DNA of 60,537 nucleotides, filler included, from Basidiobolus meristosporus CBS 931.73 (Eukaryota > Fungi > Basidiobolomycota), in the NCBI GenBank assembly GCA_002104905.1. It is 3 parts of 3 records of this genome, joined end to end, with 100 filler letters (N's around TTAATTAATTAA, not from the genome) between each part and the next. Parts side by side here need not be neighbours in the genome. Positions count along the whole stretch, not along the records: positions 46,302 to 60,537 come from MCFE01001184.1; 2 more parts are not named here. The stretch is one strand, 5' to 3'. Below are positions 50,538 to 60,537 of the stretch, one piece after another. Position 1 is the first letter of the stretch. Each line of letters opens with the position of its first letter. The notes under the pieces are model-generated. The model was not told where the DNA came from. It saw only the letters and a list, made by a program, of their open reading frames with translations, and ran no database searches. Both the position numbers and the translations under genes were made by a program.

Positions 50538-53500
50538 AGTACTTTGAAGTATATTGTGGATGTTCACAAGGTATTTGTGGCCAAGGCAGTGGCTACCAAT
50601 AGAAACATATTATGAGACCATCAGAATACTGTTATGTTCAGTACTATACTTTGCAGTCTAGACTGCAAAACAATATGGCATTCCCACCAAAATCTTGCCA
50701 ATAGGATCTAGAATTCCAAGCTGCAAATATGTTAATGCTCTCATTACAAGATCCTGATGGCTGATTAAAAATGAATTAACCCATGATATCATATCATTTT
50801 TTACAAGGCAGTCAGTATTCCAAGTTGCAAATGTGTTGTCTGTTCTATAAAGAATGAACTCTAGGGGCTCAGCAGTATGAACCAGATTTGAGCCATTTCC
50901 CAACATAGCAGCAAATGAGCATTTTCAGATTCTAAAATATAATAGTAGGACTTGATAGTGAAGCCCAAAAATCTCATCAAAGTGTAAGAAGGAAGCTTGT
51001 AGTATATATGCTTTAGCCAAAAAATCAAAAGTTATTGGAGACGCAAGAAGCCACTAAGTTCAATGATAGTCAGCAAGCTAACATTCCAGAGGCTGTAAGA
51101 GCACTTTCATTCAGGTGTTTAAAGGTCAGCATAACTTGGAACTATAAGGAACTGCTGTCCTGGCAGAGTATGCATGACATTTTCATCAACAACTTCTTGA
51201 ACTTAAGTAAGCCAATGGAGTTTGACCCATCATTGATATGCCAAGACATCTAACATGTAGCAGAAGCTGCCAAAGGCAAACAAGGAAGGGTCACACAGTA
51301 AAAGACCAATAGCTTCCTCCAGATCCCAAAGAAAAAAATTAGCAGAAGGCCAGTAGAGTACAATCATAAAATCAGCTGAATTCCAGCTTTTCCAAAAGTG
51401 GCAACTCTCACTGTCTAAGGTACTAGCATAACAGCAGTCAAGTAGACATCCTTTGTGCAGGAATACAAGGTCAACTAGCATTCATACCAGATTTGGTAAT
51501 TGGTTGCTCATCACTTCCATCAAATTACAACTGAAGATTTGCAGCAGAAACACCAACTGAATACCAGCAAAATGCCAGCAGAATACCAGCCAAAAGTCCA
51601 ATGAATTCCAAATCTGGGATTTTTCATAAGAAATTATATTTTATGCAAGGCTGAGAGCTCTAAAGATTTGGCAAAGGAAAGTCAGGTAGTTGGAAGAGTT
51701 CAAGAATAAAGCCCACTCAAGCCAGAGAGAGGAGCATGAGATTTTCATGGTTGGCAGTTATTCATGTGCAATCACCTAGCTTAGGCTTTACTAGCATATT
51801 CCATAGATTGATTTACATAGTAGACTATACAGGAGTGTCCAGGAGAAGCAACAGCATCCAGAATCCACCAATCATCTTGCTGGTAAAGCAGCAAGTATGA
51901 ATATATTAGCAGTTTGAGTATTTTAATATCTTACTAAAGGAGCACCATTGAGTAAGAAAGTACAATGGTGAAAATACCTAGATATAACTGTTAACTTGAG
52001 CAAAATGACCAGTATATGTCAATCAATACCAACATGAAATATTGTATTAGTTCTGTTGGAGGACATGGACTTGGAATTGTGAAAAGGAGATTCTCTATGG
52101 ATGTAGGGAGCACACAGGAATTGAGGTAATTTTCGCGATATTAAATGTTCCTATTGGTTGCTTAACAATTAGCCAAAATGATGAAATGCTATGGAAAGTA
52201 CATTGAGTGTGATGTGGTCGAAAGCACTGTTGTCATTGGGAGGTCAACGAGATTACCTCGGAAATTTCGGCATTCCAAAACAAAAATCACCAGGAAATAC
52301 AACAGTTGTCCGCCCATGGTTGTGTAATGGGACAGAGGCCGATCTGTATTCCCAAACAATAAATTGATTATGAGGTGTGCTACGCTGCTTTCATCACCCT
52401 TCTACTACTACCAACAACAATACATCTCAAATACCCCGATCATCGATTACAAAAGATTTGGAAGGATTGGATGCATATCTGTCGAATCTATCACCCCAAT
52501 CAATTTGAGGTACCGCTACATTCCCTTTCCAGTAATTTCCCGGGAGAGCAGAAGTCACTACTCAAGAACATGTCATAAAGCCTTATACCGGAAATCTGAG
52601 TCGATGCCTACAGCTCATAGCCTGCACATGGTGGTTACTTGGAGACAGCTGGTGGAGAGGTTGGGTAAAACCCCCCAAGAAGGCCCCAAAATCTACGTAA
52701 TCCTTACCCAAATCCACCACCAGTCTATGATTTCATGGTAATTCACCGAATGCTCCAAAAACGTCACCCAAGCGCCAAATCATCCCATCAATGAAGGCCC
52801 CTCGTCTCCTGACCACCAATGATCGTCAGGATGGTGAGAAATCAAGAAATCCATTTATCAGCGCATAAATAAATAACCCATGGACTCAGACCTATAGCTC
52901 ATCTCCCAAATATGGCAGGATGATGGGATCTGTTTAGCAAGAATTCTGCCAAATCGGGTAGTGCGTTTTAACACTGTCAGGACCAGATATGGTGCGGCCG
53001 GCCAAATCAGTGAATACCATAACAGCAGCACTGACCTCTGAACGGAGGAAACGGAGGTGCTAATGGAGATTCACCGAGATGCTTTCTGCGAATCGCGAGG
53101 GGCTGGGTGGGAGCATCGTGAAAATGGGCTCTTTTGACATGTTTGACTTGGTTGTTCCTGGAGCTAAATCCCTTTTGGCAATCATGAGAATGATCCGTGT
53201 CTGGATTGCCAGCTACTTAATTGGTCTCTTTATTCTCGAATAGCCATGGGAATCGGTCTTGACAGCCAAGCTGTTAATAGGACGAATCCGCTTTTATTGG
53301 CTCATCCAGTCAGATTGTTGTTGTGATAAGAGGGAGGGAGAGAGGGAGAGGAAGACCGCCACAGAGAGCCCCTGCAACAATGGCCAGCCAACCTCATTAT
53401 CAAGTAGGCCTTGCTTGTGGTGGGCCAGGGAGCAGTGGTGGATGAGGGCCGAGGATGTAATTTTGCGGGATGGCTAAAATATCACCCAACGGCTAAATGG

Positions 53501-54193
53501 AATGTCGATGATAAAGTTGAAGTACATTAGTCAGGCAACCACATGGAGATTCTTAAAGCTTCCTTAAACTAACCTTAACTTTAACATATTTCTTATAGAA
53601 TCACCTTAATCCTGCGAAGAATGGATGGGATTTGGTCGGAAAGTGTCATATGTGGCAGATGGTTCCAAAAATGACATTTCGAAGATTCATATACCATATG
53701 CGTGGTCAGCAATTCGAATTAAGGTGGGACAAGGGCCAAATTTGGGAATGATGCCATGGGCATTACGCAGTTACACCTCCAAATTTATTACAAACATGCG
53801 TCTCCTTTTGTTCGGTGGCATCCAAGAAAAGGTCGGCACGAGGGAATTGAATCCATCCACCACTGTAATCGATTTTCCCCGAAGAGGGCGGATGGCCATC
53901 TCGCTTCGACCCCCCCCTGCCATGGGTGGAACCGAAAATACCCATTGCCCTTCCGAATTCATGAGGCTTACCAGCGAAATGGATAAACCCTCAGATATTA
54001 TGGATGGATTGGGAGCATTGATTTTGCTCTAGTACAGTTACACAGCGTCGCACAGGTATCATCCATGATCCGCCGAGTATGGCGGCTGAAATTTTAGCAG
54101 GCTCTCTCCACTCATGTTACAGATCACCAATATGGCAGATTCAAGATCAGTTCAATACTGGATGCTGCCATGAAAGGACATCCATGTTTTCTA

Positions 54194-54200
54194 ACGTCAT
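54194..54200 (-). promoter_or_regulatory. CRE/ATF-like site (ATGACGT on the minus strand)
   Basis: acgtcat lies 16 bp upstream of the TATA candidate. Single 7-mer, motif match only. Confidence 0.25.
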
Positions 54201-54215
54201 TCGCACCCAAACCCT

Positions 54216-54223
54216 TATATAAG
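54216..54223 (+). promoter_or_regulatory. Probable TATA box of PMA1 (TATATAAG)
   Basis: TATATAAG about 135 bp upstream of the ATG, followed by a pyrimidine-rich leader. Confidence 0.5.
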
Positions 54224-54353
54224 CGAAATCCCTGGCCGTTCAAATGTCATCTGCAATTGTTATCTCATATCCATAGAGTTGCCATCCCTTTCCACCCCCA
54301 ACTCATCCCCCTGCTATTACTCATAGAAATCTCTCTTGTCGAAGAGCAAGAAA

Positions 54354-57221
54354 ATGTCTGAGAAACAAGACACTGCTGCCCCAGCAAACCAAGGGTCCGT
54401 TCAGTTTCAGGCTGATCAGCCAGTTCCCGATCGCCAAGTCAACCGTGAAAGCTTGGCGGGAACCGATTCCACATTCGCTGACAACGAAAATGGCAACAGA
54501 CACCTTAACGCCGCCACTCCCCTAAGCAAGAAAGACACCCAGCAATCCGCCGCTGCCATCTCGATCATGAGCGACTACGACTGGAGTGACGAAGAAGAGA
54601 TCCCTGAAGAGGACGAAGACAGCGACGAGCCCAGAGAATATGTGATTCCCGAGGAGCTGTTGCAAACCGATCCCACCAAGGGACTGACTTCCGCTGAAGT
54701 TGAGACCCGTAGAAAGAAGTACGGCCTTAACCAGCTCTCCATTGAGAGCGAGAACAAAATCGTCAAGTTTTTCATGTTCTTCTGCGGCCCCATTCAGTAT
54801 GTGATGTGGGTTGCCGCCTGTCTTGCCGGTGGTCTCCAAGACTGGGTTGATCTTGGTGTGATCATCGGTCTGCTTTTGCTTAACGCCTTCGTCGGATTCA
54901 TCCAAGAATACCAAGCCGGAAATATCATCGACCAATTGAAGCAAACCTTGGCTCTCACCGCTGTTGCTGTAAGAGACGGTCAAGAGAAAGACGTTGAGGC
55001 CAACACCCTAGTTCCTGGAGATATCATTCTTGTCGAAGATGGTACCATTGTTCCCGCTGATGCTCGTGTGCTCGGGGAGGATTCCCGGTTGCAAGTAGAC
55101 CAATCTGCTCTTACTGGTGAATCATTGGCCGCTTCCAAGGGACCCGGAGATGAGCTTTTCAGTAGTTCTGCCATCAAGCGTGGTAGAGCCTACGCTGTTG
55201 TTACTGCTATTGGTGAGAAGACTTTCGTTGGCCGTGCTGCTACTCTGGCTGGTAAAGCTAGCGGAGGTGGTCACTTCACCGAAGTCATCAACGGCATCGG
55301 AACTGTTCTTCTTGTCTTGGTCGTCATCTGGTTGTTGATTATCTGGATCTCCGGCTTCTACCGTTCCACCGGCATCGTTAAACTTCTTGAGTATACTCTT
55401 GTCATCACCGTTGTCGGTGTGCCTGTAGGTCTTCCCGCTGTGGTCACCACCACCATGGCTGTAGGTGCCGCTTTCCTAGCCAAGAAAAAGGCCATTGTTC
55501 AAAAGTTGACCGCCATTGAATCCCTTGCCGGTGTTGAAATCCTGTGCTCCGACAAGACCGGTACCCTTACCCAAAACAAGCTTACCCTTCACGACCCTTA
55601 CTGTGTCGAAGGTGTTGACGACGAGATGCTGATCTTCGTGTCTGCCTTGGCCGCTTCCCGTAAGAAGAAGGGTATGGATGCCATCGATAAAGCCGTTATC
55701 AAGGCCCTAGGCAAATACCCACAGGCCCGCATGAAGATGAGAGAATACCGTATCCAAGAGTTCCAACCCTTCGATCCCGTTTCCAAGAAGGTTGTCGCCA
55801 AGGTTATCGATCCCGAGGGCAACAAGTGCATTGCTGTCAAGGGTGCCCCACCATTCGTTCTTCGCATGGTCCAAGAGGAGAGCAACCTTGATCCTGCCAT
55901 TGCCCAGAAGTACGAAGAGGTGGTTGCTGAATTTGCTGACCGTGGCTTCAGAGGCTTGGGTATTGCCTGGTATACACCCGCTAACGGTTGGCAGATTCTT
56001 GGCATCTTGCCCCTCTTCGATCCCCCTCGTTATGATACTGGTAAAACCATTGCTGAGGCTCAAGAACTTGGTCTTAAGGTGAAGATGCTTACTGGTGATG
56101 CCGTTGGCATTGCCAAGGAAACTGCTCGCCAGCTGAGAATGGGCACCAACATCTACAATGCGGACAAACTCGGTATGACCCAAGGTGGTGCCTCCGGCTC
56201 TGGTGAAATGACTGGCTCTGAGCTATACGATTTCGTCGAGGCCGCTGATGGATTTGCCGAGGTGTTCCCCGAACACAAGTATCATGCAGTCGACATCCTC
56301 CAAAAGCGTGGCTACCTTGTTGCTATGACTGGTGATGGTGTCAACGACGCCCCATCATTGAAGAAGGCTGATACCGGTATTGCTGTGGAAGGCTCTAGCG
56401 ATGCTGCTCGCAGTGCCGCCGATATCGTGTTCTTGGCCCCTGGTTTGGGAGTGATCATCGATGCTATCAAGACTTCTCGCCAGATTTTCCACCGTATGTA
56501 CGCCTACATCATCTACCGTATCGCCTTATCCCTACATCTTGAGATCTTTTTGACCACCGCCATGGTCATCCTTGATGAAACCATCAACGTCGAGCTTGTT
56601 GTATTCATTGCCATTTTCGCCGATATTGCCACCCTGATGGTTGCTTACGATAACGCTCCCTTCTCCGCAACCCCCGTCAAATGGAATCTTCCCAAACTCT
56701 GGGGTCTTTCGGTCATCATGGCCATTATCCTGGCCGCCGGTACCTGGATCATCTACACCACCACCATGGTCCCCGGACAAGGTGTCATCCAGAACTGGGG
56801 TGGTGCACAGCAGGTCATGTTCCTTGAAGTCGTTCTCACTGAGAATTGGTTGATTTTCATCACTCGATTGAATACCTCTTTCTTCGACAGCTTGCCTTCC
56901 TGGCAGTTGGCCGGTGCGGTATTCGTGGTCGACATCCTCGCCTCCATCTTCGCCATCTTCGGTTGGTTCACTGGCGTTGACACCGACATCGTTACCGTCG
57001 TCCGTATCTGGCTCTTCTCGTTCGGAGTGTTCTGCGTGATGGCATTGGTCTACATGATCCTCTCCAACTCGGTTCCCTTCGACCGTATTGTGCACGGCAA
57101 GTCCCCCAAGGCAAAGAAGAATAGAAGCCTCGAGGACTTCATGCTGGAGATGGCTCGAGTTTCCAATAGACATGAATACCAACGAGTGCCCAAGCACGAG
57201 TCTCTCACCCCAAGCGACTAA
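54354..57221 (+). CDS. PMA1: Plasma-membrane H+-ATPase (P3A-type, fungal Pma1-like), intronless, 955 aa
   Basis: Uninterrupted ORF with P-type motifs [11 protein letters not shown] (phospho-Asp), KGAP, MLTGD and [15 protein letters not shown], plus Pma1-type GPIQYVM and C-terminal RSLEDF. The ORF track starts at a TTG (54336); the first in-frame ATG is 54354 (aagaaaATGT). Strong C/T-ending codon bias. Confidence 0.97.
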   Translation: MSEKQDTAAPANQGSVQFQADQPVPDRQVNRESLAGTDSTFADNENGNRHLNAATPLSKKDTQQSAAAISIMSDYDWSDEEEIPEEDEDSDEPREYVIPEELLQTDPTKGLTSAEVETRRKKYGLNQLSIESENKIVKFFMFFCGPIQYVMWVAACLAGGLQDWVDLGVIIGLLLLNAFVGFIQEYQAGNIIDQLKQTLALTAVAVRDGQEKDVEANTLVPGDIILVEDGTIVPADARVLGEDSRLQVDQSALTGESLAASKGPGDELFSSSAIKRGRAYAVVTAIGEKTFVGRAATLAGKASGGGHFTEVINGIGTVLLVLVVIWLLIIWISGFYRSTGIVKLLEYTLVITVVGVPVGLPAVVTTTMAVGAAFLAKKKAIVQKLTAIESLAGVEILCSDKTGTLTQNKLTLHDPYCVEGVDDEMLIFVSALAASRKKKGMDAIDKAVIKALGKYPQARMKMREYRIQEFQPFDPVSKKVVAKVIDPEGNKCIAVKGAPPFVLRMVQEESNLDPAIAQKYEEVVAEFADRGFRGLGIAWYTPANGWQILGILPLFDPPRYDTGKTIAEAQELGLKVKMLTGDAVGIAKETARQLRMGTNIYNADKLGMTQGGASGSGEMTGSELYDFVEAADGFAEVFPEHKYHAVDILQKRGYLVAMTGDGVNDAPSLKKADTGIAVEGSSDAARSAADIVFLAPGLGVIIDAIKTSRQIFHRMYAYIIYRIALSLHLEIFLTTAMVILDETINVELVVFIAIFADIATLMVAYDNAPFSATPVKWNLPKLWGLSVIMAIILAAGTWIIYTTTMVPGQGVIQNWGGAQQVMFLEVVLTENWLIFITRLNTSFFDSLPSWQLAGAVFVVDILASIFAIFGWFTGVDTDIVTVVRIWLFSFGVFCVMALVYMILSNSVPFDRIVHGKSPKAKKNRSLEDFMLEMARVSNRHEYQRVPKHESLTPSD

Positions 57222-57358
57222 TCCCCGCTCGTCGAACCCTCTATATCGCATTAATCTTTTTGTTTTTGCATTCCCACGCAGCCCCCACCAGTATGCACTA
57301 ATCTTCCTATTCTATATATCGCCATCTCCTACATGTGTATCGTTATGGTTCCCTTCTT

Positions 57359-57364
57359 AATAAA
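57359..57364 (+). terminator. Candidate PMA1 polyadenylation signal AATAAA
   Basis: AATAAA about 140 bp after the stop codon, in a T-rich 3' region. Confidence 0.4.
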
Positions 57365-60056
57365 GCACTCGCTTATAATTCAATGATGTTTGCATCGGAT
57401 CGTTAACCTCATCGCTTGGACAGCTCATGGCGATCAGTACCATGTGTGCGAGGAGCATCCCTCCCGAATATCCGTCCTCCATCTCACCCGCGTGTTGTCA
57501 AGACCAACATAGCAATCCATGGGTCATCCGTCGTCCACCGGCATCCTGATCAAGTCAAAAAGTGAGTCGAGGGATACGGCCACTCGCAATGAGTCAACGG
57601 CGGCAACATACGGTTACTCTGGAACCGAAACTACAGAACGCCAAATCGATTCATACCGGTTCCCCCTTTTTCTGACATCCCATCCCAATGTCACGTTCTA
57701 GGTGGTAACACAGCTCGCTAGGGCGAACGGTTTTGGTATTTCCAGTCAGATCGCATGATGCCATCCGAAAAGCTGACCCTCGACACCCTTCCCAAATCCG
57801 GATCCCCCTCCACGTGTCCAATACAGTGAATTTAATGGTTGAGGCCTCAAGGGAACTGGGATCCCATGACCATAATCATGACGATCCTCAAATCGGTCAT
57901 TATTTGGGCATGAAATAGGCGGCATCTCCTTACAAATCACCTGTGAAATGAGAATGGGGGATTTCTTGGATCGCGAATGGGAGCAACTGGGTAGATTGAG
58001 CATAGGGCTAGGGTTAGGGATGGTCACTGATGCGATCATGGGATGGTGGGTGCATTCCAGTGATTTCGCAGTGATTTCGGGAAAACCAGTTCCAGTGATT
58101 GATCGGAAAATGTCCTCCAGAATAGGTGGCACAATGTGATGGAGATGGGTGATACAGAGATGGAATCCTCTGGAGTAAGAGTTGCTGCGATTTTCCCAAA
58201 GATAAGAACCTCCTCAACGATTACCATCCGCTTAGCGCCTATCAAGCTGTTTACAATAGCAATGGCGAATTCGAGTGTAGCGCGGTGTCTATTTAGGAAG
58301 GCGGCCAGGTGCTCCCAAATCAACCCTCCTTTCCTTGCAGTTGTTTTCGGGAATGGCGGTCGCTGAACTTCCGGCAGCAAATTGGATTGCATTATCAATC
58401 GCCGTCAGCATGTTGCTAAGTAAGGTGTAGGATAAAGCTTGTTTTCTGGTCTGCTTCGTGTCCTATCGCCGCATACCATCCTTGCACAACAGCGCATTGG
58501 TCCGTGGGGTGTCTTGAGCCGCCCCTTTCTCTTTTATTTTTGATCTCTAATGAGCGTGATCGTTATCAGCCGCGTTTGGTGTCGCACACTTCTAGGTCCA
58601 CAGAGTATCAGCTACTTTGCGGGCGAACACTGGCCGATGCTCACTAATTAGTGCACACGCCGTGAGTAGAAGATTAGGTTTGATATCGGCCTCGATATGT
58701 GCATATGGATGTGTAATTCAACGTTAAGTCTTAATGTGAGCTCAATAAAGTATTAGCAAGGATCTGTATAGTATCTTAATCCACCTTCTCTACTGACATC
58801 ATCCAAGGGAGACTTGAGACGACGGTCGGAACTTGGGTAAACCTTACTACGGTTTAGCTGCGTAGAAATGGTTCCGGCTCCGTGGAAAAGAGCATCCCAC
58901 TCTATCGAATGCTACCCCACACGCCCAGTGGCGAAACTTTAATGATCGTGGCGTGTAAAAATAAGGTTGCTGTGGTTGCTTGGTCATGGCATTGTATCTA
59001 CCTTATGGTCATTACGCCAAATCAATACTATGATATTCCTCGTTCACCGTGTACCGCAGTGGTAGCAGCTGACATCAACATCCCATATACACATATTACG
59101 CCAGCGTTGTCTTATAATGGTGAAGTGCTATATTCTATTATATGGGGACAACTATATGACTATGAAGAGGGATGCACCTCCTGTAATAACATGTGGGACT
59201 CCCTCACCATGGACGAAATATCTCTGGTGTGATGCGCAACTAGCGGGATTTTCCTGGCTTTTTAGCATCTGAGTATTCCGAAACAACACAGTCGATATAA
59301 TAATAATTCGTCGTATGCAGCAACATAGCCTTGCTAGTGTATCACTTTAATGGCAAGGACTGAATCCTCACCATTAGGAGAGGTTGGCTTTATCCATTGT
59401 TAGCAGTTTCGAAACGCACCATTGAGTGGTGTTCCAAATTCCTAAATTACCGTGGAAATTTCCGCAGGCATCCATGTACCCCCAAATCAGGCGCACTCTG
59501 GTTTGGTGGGTAATATCAGCTTGAACCACATCTATTAACCCTGATTATCTCCCCAGCAGCACTTACTATTCTTCAATTTTCTCCTAGCGCTTTGGATTCA
59601 CTTGATATGACTACCCTCAGTTGATATGAATACCTTTTGCAATTGTTGACAGTATAATTCAGATTGCCTAACCCAGTATTATTACTACTCGCGATATTTC
59701 TTACTCTTGGAGCACATAATCCTTACATATGATGCAAGGTTGTTTGCAATTTCAAAGGGGCAAGCTATATATTTCACATTTTGTGGATCAGTTTTAAAAT
59801 GAGGATATCAGAATGATTGGAAGCTCTTGGAGTGGTCTAAATTCTCCCTAAACCTGCTTATAGTCTAATGTAGATATCAAAGAAGGCATAAACTCACAGG
59901 TATAAAGCCATTCAATATATATGGGCTATATACTTTAGTAAGCTCATGCAAATATGCTCATTTCTTGTATTTGCAACATTCACTCAGCTTTATCTTGCCT
60001 CATCCACCTGATTGAGAGTTTCCCACTCATTCTGGCCACTAAAACCAGCTTCCCAT

Positions 60057-60537
60057 TAGACAAAGTTGGATAGTGCCACATTGAGCCATGAGTGCCAAAT
60101 GATACCATAGTGTGCCAGGGAGGCCAATTGGACCTATACTTGGCCACAGAGTGTGAAACATAGTTATGCACTGTCATGCAAAGCAGCCCCTGTGTTTGAC
60201 CCATTACACAAGAGAAAATCCATTTTTTGACCTTTTTTTTTGGATGAATGTTGTGTATAATGTGTAAGAGGACAGAAGGAGTGAACACTATCTTGGTCCA
60301 CTGGAGCTATCTGCCACTATAAGCATTTTGTATAGGTCTTACTCTAAGGCTAATATTGAAATATGGTGCCAGATAGTGCCATGCATTTTTGTGATATGTT
60401 ACAAGCCACAGGAGCTAGATTCAGAGTGCCATGGGTATTGAGTGCCAGATGCATGTCTTCAGTCCTTCTGTGCTCTTACACATCATGCACAACATCCATC
60501 CCAAAAAAAAGGTTAAAAAATGGATTTTCTCCAGCAC
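60057..60537. mobile_element. Foldback/MITE-family element with long inverted arms, cut by the window end
   Basis: 60220-60280 (GAGAAAATCCATTTTTTGACC..GACAGAAGGA) is the inverted repeat of 60463-60532. Starts TAGAC..GTTGGATAGTGCC, matching the 27265 terminus. Confidence 0.7.

Larger units (their letters stand above)
52133..59698. other. CpG-normal (presumably unmethylated) gene island around PMA1
   Basis: CG dinucleotides are frequent here. By eye there are none in 51050-52130 or 59700-60537, and they are rare throughout 1-52130. Confidence 0.85.

Noticed and set aside
53625-54032. 135-aa ORF upstream of PMA1
   Set aside because: No motif or codon bias, several overlapping ORFs on both strands, and it lies in the probable promoter. 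Cannot be supported without expression data.
54336-54353. Longer PMA1 N-terminus (MSKSKK) given in the ORF track
   Set aside because: It starts at TTG; the ATG at 54354 has good context and is the likely start.
54522-57251. Long antisense and alternate-frame ORFs over PMA1 (153, 158, 239 aa)
   Set aside because: Expected shadow ORFs from strong codon bias; no recognisable protein features.
53860-58100. Faint inverted similarity between the PMA1 upstream (~53865-53885) and downstream (~58070-58095) flanks
   Set aside because: Short and gapped; could not be extended by eye.
57733-59232. Cluster of 60-128 aa ORFs downstream of PMA1
   Set aside because: Mutually overlapping, often with non-ATG starts, and no recognisable domains.

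Overview
Eukaryotic, almost certainly fungal, genomic DNA from a repeat-rich genome. The only recognisable host gene is an intronless fungal-type plasma-membrane H+-ATPase (PMA1, 54354-57221, +). It lies in a CpG-normal island of about 7.5 kb (~52130-59700). Everything else is a CpG-depleted nest of decayed transposons: (i) at least 7 pieces of a CACTA/EnSpm-like DNA transposon with a divergent two-gene layout; (ii) Ty3/gypsy LTR families, labelled here A (chromovirus-like, both LTRs), B/C (Ylt1-like, 4-bp TSD, mostly solo LTRs), E (extra ORF before the 3' LTR), F (gag-protease relic) and G (1.2-kb LTR with a CCCCT array); (iii) a Ty1/copia family D; (iv) a MITE/foldback family. Two 100-bp N/TTAATTAATTAA linkers are artificial joins. 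The most notable signals are: B/C LTRs appear to insert at 4-bp sites with a central CpG; several LTR families carry CpG-free HSE, CArG and STRE-like motifs; the same 10-mer TCGCGATATT sits at both edges of the CpG-normal island; and gypsy family E carries an unexplained ~400-aa ORF. Family letters are my own labels. Coordinates were read by eye, so decayed-element boundaries are approximate. No database searches were run.
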